Part shown: positions 1 through 12,330 of the stretch, in pieces
How positions within the stretch are numbered: the stretch's first letter is position 1
Layout of the letters: the number at the start of each line of letters is the position of its first letter
Origin: Isurus oxyrinchus
Lineage: Eukaryota
Assembly (NCBI GenBank): GCA_026770705.1
Contig: JANJGN010000008.1
Coordinates: forward strand, 137,330,001-137,394,000
DNA length: 64,000 nt
Direction of reading: 5' to 3'
Notes under the pieces: model-generated
Seen by the model: only the letters and a program-made list of their open reading frames with translations
Told to the model about the DNA's origin: nothing
The model's database searches: none
Position numbers and translations under genes: made by a program

Positions 1-127
1 GCCAGGATTTTATGGCCCTGCCGCAGTGTGTCTTCCCCTGGCGGATGCGACGAGCTATTTAAATCTCCATTCAGTTTGGCAGGACCATAATATCCCACCA
101 GTTGGGAGGGGCCAGAAAATCCTAGCC
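1..127. mobile_element. Small Harbinger-type MITE (left end at window edge)
   Basis: GCCAGGATTTTATGGCCC ... GGGCCAGAAAATCCTAGCC terminal inverted repeats. Same size and ends as 53359-53470. Confidence 0.7.
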
Positions 128-980
128 CTGAAAATGCAATATTCTCTCCAAATGGTCAATCTAAAATTTCTTAAAAAGCTGAAACTGCTGCACCATAATT
201 TTGAATGTTGATCCTTAGTTTATAATAGACTGGACTGAGAGTGCAAACCATTTCACTTGTGACCTAAGCGTATCTGCAATTAAATACCACAAGTTTCTTG
301 ACTCCATCCCTAATTTAGATTTCTACTCAAGTTTTTTTTTAATTTTGTTCTTTATTTATTGATTTAATCTCAGACGATAAAAATACTGTCTGAAATACAT
401 TAACATTCACCTTCATGCACTATGTTAACAGTGTTGATCCTTAAGCTTCTAAAGACCAGTATTTCCTCCCATTTACTTTGGTGCTTTAGGCCTTTCTCTG
501 GTGAAAATTAATTTGTTTCAGCTATACAAAGATCATGCTTGTGTCTATAGAAGCTGCAAAAACATTATTATTTTCACTTAAGCAGGATGCATAACACCAT
601 GCTACGGAATCCATTTGGGCTAGATTTTATTTAAATAATGTTACCATGGTGAGCAATGATGGTGCTCAGAACATAGAGCTCGTAACCAGCAAAGGCCACC
701 TTGTCCAACGATCCCAGTCCTTCCATACACCATTATATTATCTACCTCATCCATTTTATCATTGGCAACAATTTGTACAAAGATTTTCATTGGCCCTTAA
801 ATGCAAATCAGGTGGTGAAGTTAACTTTGTTATTTATCCTTGACTGGTTGGCCGTCCTGCATTGGTGTTTTAATGGTTGCAACTTCTCAGAAACTATTAG
901 ATGCCTTGGAGCGTTTAATTATTTCTCTTGCATATAATCCTATAATTCTGCATTTTATTCCAAACCATATAGTTAAACAA

Positions 981-1622
981 GGGCAGAATTTTACATTCGG
1001 CATGCAGGTGCACATCTGACACACCGGGACGTAAAACGAGGTGTGATGATGTCAGGCGTGAGTCCCCATGTCATTGCAAAGTCGCGCAATATTTCGTACG
1101 GCGGGCGCGCACCAGAGCCAGCTGCCTGCCCACTTAATTAATAGGCCTATTAAGGCCATTAACCAGGTAATTAACCCAAATTTTACGCTGCCCGTCCAAC
1201 CTTATGGTTGGCGGACAGGCGAAATCGCCAAGTGGCCTTTACGTTTTTTAGGAAACCTCATCCACGATTGGGATGAGGTTCCCTGAAGCTATTAAATAAA
1301 AAGTTGCATTTGAACTTAAAAACATGTCCCATCTCATGGGACAGGGGGATATGTTTCATTGAATTTTTCTGCTTTTTATTTATTTTTTCAGAAAGCACTT
1401 CAATTTCCCTGAGGTAGCTCCATGCTCTTTCGCGCGCATGTGCAAACTGCTCACTAGTCCTGGTTCTCCCTCCCCCCTGCTGTCCACACAGGCAGCGCAG
1501 AGCGCTGCCGCTCGCAATCCACGCAGGGCAGGCCTTAATTGACCCACCCGTGTGAAATCGCAGTGCGGATCCGATCGCGGGTGGCTCCCACCGAGCCCTC
1601 CGATGAATGGAAAACCCTGGCC
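981..1622 (+). mobile_element. Non-autonomous Harbinger MITE of the 23742/59103 family
   Basis: TIRs GGGCAGAATTTTAC / GGAAAACCCTGGCC, TSD CAA on both sides. Subterminal motifs (TAAGGCCATTAA, AAACCTCATCCA, GGCCTTAATTG, GTGTGAAATCGC) are shared with the long elements. Confidence 0.85.
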
Positions 1623-2243
1623 CAACTCTTTTGAAAATAACATTAATAATCACAGCATTAACTGCTTTAACTGGCAATCTGTTCCTTATTAGTTTTGCAT
1701 TTGTACCCTTTACTGCAGCATTCAAAACTTAAATTATCTACATATATGTACAAAATCTATTTATCTCATTGTTACTTAAATCAACAGCATGTCTCCTCTT
1801 AATTTCTTTTTGTCACATGAAGGTAAGTTCAGATCTATAAGCCACTTTCAAACATAAATCCTTAAAATCCTTGAATTATCCTTGACACTCTTTTTGAATA
1901 TGTTAATAATCTTTGGAAAAAGGGGTGATCAAAATGTTTGTTTGATTCCTAACCAAATGCTCTTAAGATATTTGACTAACGCTGCAATAAAGATTGACTT
2001 TAGTTGATACTTATGAATGGACCACATTTCCGACTCTTCTAGTCAACACACTTTCACCTACGTGTGTATTTGACAGCTCAAGTGATGGAAGGGAGAGCTG
2101 CTATGCAAAAGTAAAATAACTACTCTTAGTTTAATCTTAGTTTAACTGGTTTAATCTCAGCTCAAAGGAGGGACAGTGTTTAGCCTACCTGATGATGAAG
2201 ACAAGTAAGTAATAGAGCCACAAAGAGCATTAAGATCCCAGAT

Positions 2244-2298
2244 TCAATATTCTGGCTGTGGTAGAAGGATGGAGGGAGGTTCAGAAGGTTGTTGCCTG
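2244..2298 (-). CDS. Host gene exon 5: cytoplasmic tail (C)RQQPSEPPSILLPQPEY*
   Basis: Acceptor actttattttcAG (tandem CAGCAG), phase 2 matches exon 4, TGA at 2246-2244. Confidence 0.75.
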
Positions 2299-2739
2299 CT
2301 GAAAATAAAGTGATTCCAACCAGAAAATATTTGAGACTTTCTGCCCCATTCCTGTCATCGCTGCAACTGCAGTAAACTTGCCTCAGGCCTACCACTATGC
2401 AACTGGGGGTATCTGACTGAATCAATGGTAAATCCTTATAACACATAAATTGATCAACATAGCACCCTGTTCTCCATCTTAGGACTTGGCAGAGATCATG
2501 GTGTATTGTTGATAGTCCACCCAAAGGGGAATATGCTGTAAGTCTTATTGCATGATTGTGGGCTGGGAGAAGTGGAAGTGTTCTCGCAGACCAGGGGTCC
2601 CTGGGATTCTGTACCACATTGGCAGTGCCTTTACCCTCATAGAGCAACCGTGTAGATCAGTTTCAAATCACCCAACAGAAATGCTCAATTATGAGGTATT
2701 CACTCAAGTGGAGTTTACTTATCTAGAACTTAAACTTTA

Positions 2740-2924
2740 GGGGTCATTTTAACATAAATCACTGGGCAGGAAATCCACTGGATTGCACAGAATGCCTGTT
2801 TTCCACCCTGCACAGTCACACTTGCATTGACTTCAATGGCACACTTAATTGGTCATGGTGTAAACCAGTATTGCACCCAATCCTGTCAGAGGTCCGACGA
2901 TGACTTATGTTAAAAACTGTCCCC
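2740..2924. mobile_element. Palindromic MITE
   Basis: GGGGTCATTTTAACATAA ... TTATGTTAAAAACTGTCCCC ends, central palindrome CATTGACTTCAATG. Lies in the last intron of the host gene. Confidence 0.65.
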
Positions 2925-2998
2925 ACTGTCTGCGCAGAGGCTGGGCTTTTTGAAGATGGTTACATTTGCAAACAGGATAGATCCACAACACTACTTAC

Positions 2999-3143
2999 CA
3001 TGTTTTCTTTGCTTTTGAAAACAGAACGAAGAGGATGATGGCATTTGCTATTACTAAAAGGATGAAGATAATAGTCATAACTGTAATGACAACTTTCAAG
3101 TTTTCTTTTCTGGCTAAATATCCACAGTCACATTTTTCAATTT
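2999..3143 (-). CDS. Host gene exon 4: juxtamembrane CxC plus transmembrane helix, (E)IEKCDCGYLARKENLKVVITVMTIIFILLVIANAIILFVLFSKAKKT
   Basis: Acceptor cttttttcttcacAG, donor ATG|GTAAGT, 145 nt, phase 1 to 2. About 25 hydrophobic residues followed by a basic stop-transfer (KAKK). Confidence 0.88.
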
Positions 3144-4642
3144 CTGTGAAGAAAAAAGCCTGAAATTAGTTGAAAATTCCAAATTGTATGAAGAGTTCCA
3201 AACTGTACACCTTAGGTTTAATGGAGAAATACCAGTAAGTGTTTAATGTATTGTTGCATTTGAAATATGTTATCTTAGAAAGCTACGCAATAAGGTGGAC
3301 ATTCAAATTTTATAAGTGATAGTTTCTTGGCTGCACTGTATTCATCCAATTACTGGAAAAAGAACTGAGAGTTTTGGTTGCTGACCAAACTTGTCAGAAT
3401 GGAGGGTTATTCTGCCACATAAATAATCAGTGCTTCAAGAGACAAATGAGGCATTTTGCTAATGAGGATTATTCAAGAACATTAAGTAGAGGTTCAAGGA
3501 TAAACTTAAGGGAACTAAGGATGAGTTCAGAAGGAATGAATATGATTAATTGACTTGCATGTTCTACAGGCTGCACTGAGCTGTTCCATGCATATCTGAG
3601 ATTCGTCAACAACCATAGATCCAGTATGTCCTTTGTATCTATATCTGCCTAAGTAGCAACATAGTTCGACTAGTAGGATATTCTCAGGACTGTCTTATTT
3701 ACTGTCATTAAACCTACTTCGAAGTGGCAGAAACAATAAAACAATTAGAGTGTACATGATGGGTTTTTAATAGCACAGAAAAAGAACTTTGCTTTGCATT
3801 ATGGAACTAACTTCTGATCTTGTTTTGACCTTATTGTCTTGTCCTGTACCTTGTAAAAAGATTTCAGGAAGTCCAAGCGGACAATGTCTACTGGGCTTCC
3901 CTCATCTCCAATCTTGGTGATTTCTTCAAAAATATAACCTGATTTGTTAGACATTACCTCCTATTTTTGAAGCCATGTTGGATGGTTCCTGTCTGTCCAA
4001 GTAATCATATATTGCATACCTAATGATTCCATTAAGCCTCTTTCCTATTATTGATGTAACCAATGGTTACTCAGTTGTACTGTGTCTCTTTTTTAAAGCC
4101 TGGGACATGCAGTGAACAATCAAAATAAAAGCAAAAAAGAAAAGGTTCCCACAGTACATGCTCCATTTTAAAGAGGACCCTCAGGTGGATATTATTTATC
4201 TATTTTCAAGTTCTTAACTCCAAATAAAACAATCTGTTATTATTCATTTTGTTGTCAAAATCTTCATTCAGTTTTAACAGTTGAACATTATCTTCAAGAG
4301 TGAAGACCAATACAAAGTACTTATTTAATACTTCCACCATACCCAGTGAGTCTTTCATTATCTGCCCTTCAAAACCCTTCTGTGGCCCAAAACAGCCTCT
4401 GACAATTCTCTGACATAACACAAGAACAAAAGAAACATTCCGTCCTTTGTCACTGCTCCATCATTCAATACAATCTTCACATAACTGACAAAGCTTTCAC
4501 CATTTATTCTACAATTCTCTATGATCCTCTTTTCCATTATCCTTTCATGATCTAATAAACAACTTGTGTTTTCTAGCACTTAATTTTGTTTCACTGAGTA
4601 CTCAATGCCGCTGATTTGTAGAAGCATTTTTGTTTACACCTT

Positions 4643-4960
4643 AGAACCATAGAACCATAGAAAAGTTACAGCCCAGAAGGAGGCCATTCGGCCCATCTCA
4701 TCAATGCCAGCCTGAGGATACCCAGCCGCCCTTTCTAATCCCTCCTTCCTGCACCTGGCCCATAGCCCTGCAGCTTACAGCACTTAAGGTGCAGATCCAG
4801 GTACTTTTTAAAAGAGTTTAGAGTTTCTGCCTCTACCACCAACTTGGGCATCAAATTCCAGACACCCACTACCCTCTGCATAAAAAAGTTCTTCCTCATG
4901 TCCCCCCTACACCTTCTGCCACTTATCTTGAAACCTATTTCACCTGGTTCTAGAATCCTT
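4643..4960 (-). mobile_element. CR1 LINE 3' end
   Basis: (AGAACCAT)n microsatellite tail, GGCCATTCGGCCC hairpin, ORF2 C-terminal MRKNFFMQRVVGVWN motif. Confidence 0.8.
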
Positions 4961-5152
4961 CACCTTATCTGTCCTTGTAAATACCTGACCAGCCACCTTG
5001 ACATTTTCTTACCACACGCTTTTCTTTTCACTTTGGGTACATGTTTGCTTCCTGTTGCTGCTTTATTCTCAACTTAGTTATAATTACAGAGAAATTACTG
5101 ACTCTTTCGATCACAAAACTGGGCAAAGTGCAAAACTGGTGTCTAATCTACT

Positions 5153-5239
5153 CACCTTCTCAGGGGCAATTAGAGATGGGTAATAAATGCTGGCCTTGCC
5201 AGTGATGCCTACATCCTATGACACTTGAATAAAAAAAAA
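5153..5239 (+). mobile_element. 3' tail of second LINE family
   Basis: CACCTTCTCAGGGGCAATTAGAGATGGGTAATAAATGCTGGCC...poly(A). Matches the 3' ends at 6290 and 28720. Confidence 0.7.
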
Positions 5240-5326
5240 TCCAAATTTTCCCCATTCCCATTGGACAGTTACACTTGGGGCTTAAAAATTTGAAAGCCAC
5301 ATAACTTTTTTTTTCATAATAGCTAC

Positions 5327-5383
5327 CTGTAGAGGGAGATCTCAGATCATATTTATAAATTCTTATAAGTTCACCAGAGAATG
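5327..5383 (-). CDS. Possible cassette exon of host gene: (A)FSGELIRIYKYDLRSPST
   Basis: 57 nt, phase 1 to 1, open in the gene's frame, AG/GT flanked, but the donor (CAG|GTAGCT) and polypyrimidine tract are weak. Confidence 0.3.
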
Positions 5384-6289
5384 CTAATTGTACAGAATAC
5401 CAAACATAAAATCATTTGCAGTTACCTGAGATTCAGTACACCTGCTGGATGTAAAATATGGAAGTGGCAATTTGCAGATAAAGGTAAGGTAGTGAAAAAT
5501 ATCATGAAATAGTGTATTAAAAAAGGGCTACTGCTATTTTACTCCAAAATACATGGCACATCATGTTTCTTTGCTGATAATACTTCCACACCTAGATTTT
5601 TTTGAAAGAGAGATCTCAATTGTGTGAGCATGCTGGGCAGTAATTTTGCCACCTTGAGACAAGAGATCACAATAGGTTCTTGAGTCACTTCTTAATTAAT
5701 TATCTGCACTCAGTGCTTAGACCATTGAAAATTCTTCAGAAGAGAGGGAATGATATAGGACTGATCAGTCCATAGAAAAGATTGGGATTTGAGTTTTTCC
5801 CATACATAAGAATTATTGACAAATCAAATTATTTCTAGTCTTCATGTCCCAATTCAACCTTTTTCAACACAAGCTGACAAATTATTCAGCCGTCAAAGCA
5901 AACTGAAGATTGTGTCACGCTATGGGGGCTGCATGCTAAATTGTGAATTGGATTCCGATTGTGCCTCCAAAAGTTACTATATTCGCTAAGAATGTTGATG
6001 AGATTGATTCCCTCATTGAACAAATCAAACGTTCTGAGTTCAACCCTTCTGTGCGGCACAGCTGTGTAAAGGATTTTTTTTACTTCAGTCTAAGATAAGA
6101 AACCAAAACACAATTGGTCACCACTGAAATGGGGAATGAAAAAATTGAGAAAAGGCTTTGCTTCTGGTTGTTCATTTGTCCAAACTATTTAGATTAGTAG
6201 AAAGCATCCGTTTTAATTCCTGTCAGTCTGAAAACTTAAGTTTCTTCATTTCTCTCAAAAATGATTTTTAAAAATTCAGTTTTTAAAAG

Positions 6290-7412
6290 TTCAGTGAGTG
6301 TCGCTGGCTAGACCATCATTTAGTTCCCATCCCTAATTGCCCTTGAGAAGGTGGTGAGCTGCCTTCTTGGATCTGTTGCAGTCCATGTGGTGTGGGTACA
6401 CCCACAGTGCTGTGAGGGAGGGAGTTCCACGATTTTGATCCAGTGACAGTAAAGGAACGGCAATATATTTCCAAGTTAGGATGGTGAGTAGCTTGGAGAG
6501 GAACTTCCAGGTGGTGGTGTTCCCATGTATCTGCTGCCCTTGTCCTTCTAGATGGTAGTTGTTGTGGGTTTGGAAGGTGCTGCCTAAGGAGCCTTGGTGA
6601 GTTTCTGCAGTGCATCTTGCAGATGGTACACACTGCCACTGTTCGTTGTTGGTGGAGGAAATGAATGTTTGTGGATGTGGTCTAGATAGTGAAATGATCC
6701 AGATTGTTTCCAACGACTGAAAGTGGGGGAGGTACGATAGAACGTTCTCATTATATTCACTTTATGATGGAATCCTTGATTTCAGGGTTTATTAAGTGGG
6801 CTGCTTTGTCCTGGATGGTGTCAAAGCTTCTTAAGTGTTGTTGGAGCTGCACTCATCCAGGCAAGTGCAGAGTATTCTATCACAATCCTAACTTGTGTCT
6901 TGCAGATGTTGGACAGGCTTTGGAGAGTCAGGGGGTGAGTTAGTTGCCATAGGATTCGTAACCTCTGACCTGCCCTTGTAGCCGCAGAATTTATATGGAT
7001 AGTCCAGTTCAGTTTCTAGTCAATGGTCAGCCCTCAGGATGTTGATGGTGGAGGATTCAGTGATGGTAATGCCATTGAATATCAACGGGCAATGGTTAGA
7101 TTCTCTCTTGTTGGAGATGGCCATTGCCTGGCACTTGTGTAACATGAATGTTACTTGCCACTTGTCAGCCAAAGCCTGGATCTTGCCTAGGTCTTGCTGC
7201 ATTTGGATATGGATTGCTTCAGTATCTGAGGAGTTGCAAATGGTGCTGAACCTTCCCACTTCTGACCTTATGATGGAGGGAAAGTCATCGATGAAGCAGC
7301 TGAAGATGGATGGATTTAGGACATTACCCTGAGGAACTCCTGCAGTGATGTCTGGAACTGAGATGATTGATCTCCAACAGCCATAATCATCTTCCTTTGT
7401 GTACGTATGACT
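6290..7412 (-). mobile_element. 5'-truncated LINE, second family (CR1/L2 group), RT C-terminal region
   Basis: AGVPQGNVLNPSIFSCFIDD RT motif and C-terminal KKAAHHLLKGN. Homologous to 28720-29750. Interrupted at 6684-6792. Confidence 0.85.
6684..6792 (+). repeat. 109-bp direct copy of 7504-7612 inserted in the LINE
   Basis: 107/109 identical by eye. Confidence 0.9.
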
Positions 7413-9032
7413 TGGTTGGTTGAAATTAAAAGTACTGAGCAAAGAATCGCTGAACATACCCATTTACTGCTGAGAAGTTCCATGTTGAATTTTCTAAAAT
7501 GCAAGATAGTGAAATGATCCAGATTGTTTCCAAAGACTGAAAGTGGGGGAGGTACGATAGAACGTTCTCATTATATTCACTTTATGATGGAATTCTTGAT
7601 TTCAGGGTTTATATTTTTTGAGGCAGACCCTAACAAAAACAGAAACTGAAAAGGGAAATTAAAAAAGGAAACATAGAAAAAGAACTGACCCTCCCAGTGT
7701 CTAAGGAAATAAAAACTGAAACAGATTTGGAAACCAAAACTTCTGGATATATTGAGACTTGTTGAGGCTATATAAAGGGACACAGAGCCTCTAAGCTCAG
7801 TAGCAGCAGTTGATGAGCCCAGTGATGCAGAACAGGTGAACTAAAGAGAAAGAGTAGAGATCCAGAAGTGAGAATAAGTTGCTGCAGCTGTTCCTGTTAC
7901 ATGAAGATAACGTTGGTGGATCTATACCATCCAGATCAAACTGGGGAGATTCTGCCAATGTGTGCCATTTGTGCCAATGGAACTTGAGTTGGTTGTCTGC
8001 TGCTGTTAGCTGGGGATCAGGTGAGCTCCTAGAAGGAGAGGAGCTGAAATTCTTTGTGAGGAAGACAGAGTTTAGAAGTTCTGAATTTGAATTTGTGTGG
8101 ACTGCTGATCTGACTTCATTACACCTGCCACTTAATCTGTACTTCATTGTTTATAACTGACTGCAATTTGCCTGTTACTTCATGTTTAACTTATATTTTG
8201 GATGCTAGAGTATAGGAGGTTATCTAAGATAATATATAGTGTTCGCTTGTTTGCTTTGTTTGACTCTTGTATGGTAAGAATTTTAGGCCAGGATTTTGCC
8301 CTCATCGGGAGGGCTTGACAGGAGCAATCGGGAAGCTGGCTGCCCAACATGAAATGCATGCTGCAGCGTCCAGTGCTGCCTTTGGGGGGGGTGGGGGTGT
8401 GTGAGCAAGGGTGAGTGGGAGACTTTGCTTATGCACGTGAGTGCACACAGGATAAGCTCCTTGAGTTCCTGAGGCAGAGAGCTACCTCAGAGAGATTGAA
8501 GATTTTAAAAATTAGAAAGAAAGAACTTTAAAGTGTTAGAAACCATGCCTCCTCATGAGGCTCTGTCACATGAGCAGGGATATGTTATTAATGAAATGTT
8601 AACATTTTTATTTAATTTTTTAATAGCTGTTGGAAATCTCATCCCACCCGTGGATGATGTTTCCTAAAAAATCCAAAGGCCACTTGGCTTTTCGCCTGCC
8701 CACCAACCGTAAGGTTGGACAGGAATGAAAATGTAATTAAATTATTAGTTTACTGGCCTTAATAAGCGTTTTAATTGTAGGCAGGTGTACTGCTGACTCC
8801 CACTTGTGCCCACCGACCGAAATATCACGCGAGTGCACAATGACGTTGGAACTCTCGCCCAGCATCATGATGTGTCATTTTGTGCTCAATGGAGTCGGGT
8901 GCCTGCCTGCCCGACAAGCTAAGAATTCTGGCCCAAATGTTTTAAACCGAGCAATCTTGTGGCTTCATTCTTTTAGTAAATAAATTGGATTTCTTTTTTT
9001 TTTAATTACCGGTCTCTACTGAGATTGTAACA
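7413..9032 (+). mobile_element. LTR-like interspersed repeat (split by MITE 8286-8933)
   Basis: Contains TATAAA (~7771) and ends ...GAGATTGTAACA. Homologous in inverse orientation to 9176-11880. Left boundary uncertain. Confidence 0.55.
8286..8933 (-). mobile_element. Harbinger MITE, inverse copy of the 981-1622 family
   Basis: TIRs GGCCAGGATTTTG / AAGAATTCTGGCC. Internal similarity to 981-1622 on the opposite strand. TSD not conserved. Confidence 0.8.
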
Positions 9033-9875
9033 AGTTATAAGTCACGCATGGAACCCTTCAGCATCGGGGCTATTGTCATGAGCCCATTAAAATGATTTAA
9101 ACTAACATACAAGAATATTATTTGTTTACACCTTGAACTTCACTTTTGTAAAATTGGTTCCAACTGTCTTAATATTGTTGCCGTTTCAGTAGAGGCCAGT
9201 AACTTTTTATTTAAAGTAGACAAAATTTGTAATTCTAGTTATTTACTAAAAACATAAAGTCACACGATTCAGTGGTTTTACTATACAAGAATCAACAAAG
9301 CAAACACAAAATACGATCTATTCTGTATTGTTACGGTGAGAATTAACATACGTTAAACATGAATTAACAGGCAAGTTATGGTCAAATATAAACTATAGCT
9401 TGCACATTAAATGGCAGGTACAACTAAGGCAGATCTTGTGAATTGACTCAGCCATCCACTCAGACTTTGGTGATCACATTCAGTCACAAAGTCCTTCAAA
9501 ATCTGTCTTCCTCATGAGGAATGGTCAAGCTGAAGCTTCTCTCTTCTACAAGTTAGTCTGATCCCCAGCTGACAGCAATGTATAACCAACCTGAGTTCCA
9601 TGGGCACGGTCTTCACCACAAATGGCATATGCCAGCAGAAGCTGCTCAACTCAGTCTGGGGCCATTGCATTGACTGAGATTGACCCACCAATGTTATCTT
9701 CCAGCAACAAATACAGCAACTTATTCTCAGCTTTTGGATCTGGACACTACCTTCTCCAGTCTTCTTCAGCTTGCCTGTGCTGAACCAATGGACTCAACAA
9801 CTTGGACTGATTTATGACCTTATATATTTTTCAACCAGGATCAGTTTGCCCAGAAGATTTGCTTTCCAAAACTCA

Positions 9876-11734
9876 GGGTAGGATTGTCCCAGATTTGCAC
9901 TAAGTGCGGTAATGGGCAAGAAAAAAGACATTCTACCTGCTGGCCACTATGGCAGGTTTTCACGCCATTTTGTCACATTACCATTTTGTTAATTGTGCTT
10001 TCCCAGAAAACACGCCAGGTCGCTGGTGGGGCATCTTCTGATTTGCCCACCCTGCCATTGCCTCAGGCCTTTAGTAAACTGGGTGCCATATTTAAAGACC
10101 ACCCCTGCAAAGAGCTAGCACTCTTCAAGGTATAGGAAGATGTTGGGAACTGATGGCTTCCAAAGGGAGAAAACATGCCGCCCCCAGATTTAGCAATGCC
10201 TCCCTCGAGTCCCTACTCAACGTATGATGTCCTTGATGTCATCCATGCGATGTCCTCTACACCTGCTCGGGGCGAAGGCCAGCAAGCAAGGTCACCGATC
10301 CAGCAGGGGAGGAAATGGCATCAGTGGTCAGCGCCAATGCCCTGAAACAGAGGACAGCCACCCAGTGCTGAAAGACAATGAATGGTCTCATCTGTTCTGC
10401 CAGGGTAGGTTTCTCTTCTCATCACTCTCAACTCACTCACAAACCTATAACACATCCACAGGGATCTTATGCCACTAACTCTCACATCTCCATCAGTCTC
10501 ATAACCTCTGGAGCTCATGTCATCATCCCACCCATGGCTCTGCTCATCCCACAAACATTACATGCAGTGCTATACATCCTGCTCACACTCTCTTCATCTA
10601 TTTTCATGCAGGAGAAGCTGGCTCACAACAACAGGGAGAGGTCCAAGAGTGAAGTTGGAGTGGCCCACATTAGACCCCTCACTCAGTTTGAGGAGCATGC
10701 CATCACACTGATTGGTGAGGACGTGGACCGTGCCTGTGGTGACAGTGACGTCGGTGGCAAACGCCCTCTTGAGGATTCTGCGCCACATCATCCCTCCCTC
10801 AATGCAACTCTGAGTGCTCTCTCTCCTGCTTTTGACTGTGCTGCCATGTACTAATTATCTCTACTTTGGTTCACAAGGAGATCTGCCAAGTGACCGACAC
10901 TGTCAGCCAGCCAGTCCCTCAACTCCATCCAGGTCCTCACCTCCAGCAAAGACGACACCTCCTCCATTGAAGAGCTGGAAATAAGCAGCCTGGAAGACCC
11001 ATCATAGCACTTACCCACACCCTCCACCAGCACAGAAGCATACACCTCGGTTGGACTTAGATCCCGAGCAGGCTTGGATTTACAATCTCATGGTCACTGC
11101 ACAGACACATGTCCGCAGCAGGAGGAGGCAGGTTGAACTGAGTTCCCCGGCATTCTGAGGACCGCTGGGGAAGTGGTATCTGTGAGGTCCATGTCAGATG
11201 ACGAGCCTCTGGATTCAGCCTTCCAACTCATCCTGGAGAGTCAGCAGAAGGTGGGGGAACATCACGCAGAGTTGTTGGGAGCCTTCAGTAGAATGGCATG
11301 TGAGTCAGAGGAGTGTGTCTACCTGCTCTCTGATTAAGTGGTGCCCATGTGTGCGTATGTGGAGTTCTCCACTGAGAGGATGGTGGACACCATGGAGACC
11401 CTGGTCCAGCAGAGCACTGCGATGTACGCAGACCTGCATTCCATCGCGGTAGCCGTGGGTGAGTTCCTGCAGTGGCAAGGTGAGAGGGAATCGTGGCACC
11501 TTGATGTCCCTCCAGGTGCTCCTACCCCTCAAGGAGTCAGGCCGGTGCATTGGGCACCTGAAAGGAGGAGGAGCGGCAGCTGGACACCCTGGGTCACCCA
11601 CTCAGGTATCTCAGAGGCTGTCCTCTCCCTCCGAGTCCCCTTTGCAAGTGAGCCCCTCAACCTCATCCTTTGTCACTCCAGACGGAGCAGCTGGACCACA
11701 GAAGGGCAACCAATGGGGAAGGAAAATTCCGGCC
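9876..11734 (+). mobile_element. Harbinger deletion derivative carrying only the Myb/SANT-like gene
   Basis: TIRs GGGTAGGATTGTCC / GGAAAATTCCGGCC, TSD TCA on both sides. No transposase sequence. Confidence 0.85.
10153..11700 (+). pseudogene. Spliced Myb/SANT-like (NAIF1/MSANTD4-type) Harbinger accessory gene, degenerate
   Basis: MASKGRKHAAPRFSNASLESLL..., donor AGG|GTAGGT ~10405, acceptor ttcatgcAG ~10611 followed by EKLAHNNRERSKSEVG...PLTQFEE, then a coiled-coil region. Frameshifts and stops present. Confidence 0.8.
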
Positions 11735-11914
11735 TCATTTTATTTTTGTTTCTTTAGAAACTGGAAGGACCAGTTTCCTTTCTATGTTTACCTGTTCTCT
11801 TTCCCTTTCTGCTTCTCTTTCCAATTCAGTTTCAGTTCTAGTTAGAGTCTACCTCAAAAAAATACAAATTAAATTTAAAACTCAGATTCCCTCACAATAT
11901 GCTACCATAGAGAT

Positions 11915-12330
11915 CTTGGCAGCCAAGGAACAACACCTCATCTCTCTATGAGGCAATTTTTAGTGTTCCAGGCTGAACACCAAGTTCAGCGGTTTTTGAT
12001 CTGCTTAGATCATTTTTTAATGTTGCTCTATACCCATCTTTTGTTTCATTAATTGTGCCATTACCATCGCGTGATCCCTTGCACTATTATCCCTTCCTTC
12101 CATCCTAGCACTGACCTCTCCCGTTGTTTTTACCTTCCCCTCTCCCAATTTCCTTTCCTCTGTACTTACTTAAAATCTGTTATAGCTGCAACATTTTCTA
12201 GTTCTGACAGAAGGTCACCAATCTGCATCATTAATCCTGCTTCTCTCTCCACAGTTGCTGCAGGACCTGCTCAATGTTGTCAGGATTTTCTGTTTCTATC
12301 TCAGATGTGCATCATCTGCAGTTTTTTGCC
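11915..12330 (+). mobile_element. Penelope-like element 3' fragment
   Basis: KEQHLISL...LNTKF resembles the C-terminus of a GIY-YIG endonuclease. The downstream tail CTCTCTCCACAG.TGCTG..GACCTGCT.. matches 61057-61188. Confidence 0.6.

Larger units (their letters stand above)
9176..11880 (-). mobile_element. Second copy of LTR-like repeat (split by Harbinger derivative)
   Basis: 9176 TGTTGCCGTTTCAGTAGAGGCCAGTAA approximates the reverse complement of the 9032 end. 11740-11870 approximates the reverse complement of 7610-7720. Confidence 0.55.

Noticed and set aside
1258-1725. 155-aa ORF
   Set aside because: It lies mostly within a GC-rich MITE and has no transposase or Myb motifs.
2180-2647. 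155-aa minus-strand ORF from the track
   Set aside because: It overlaps host exon 5 in a different frame and has no recognisable features, so it is likely a chance ORF.
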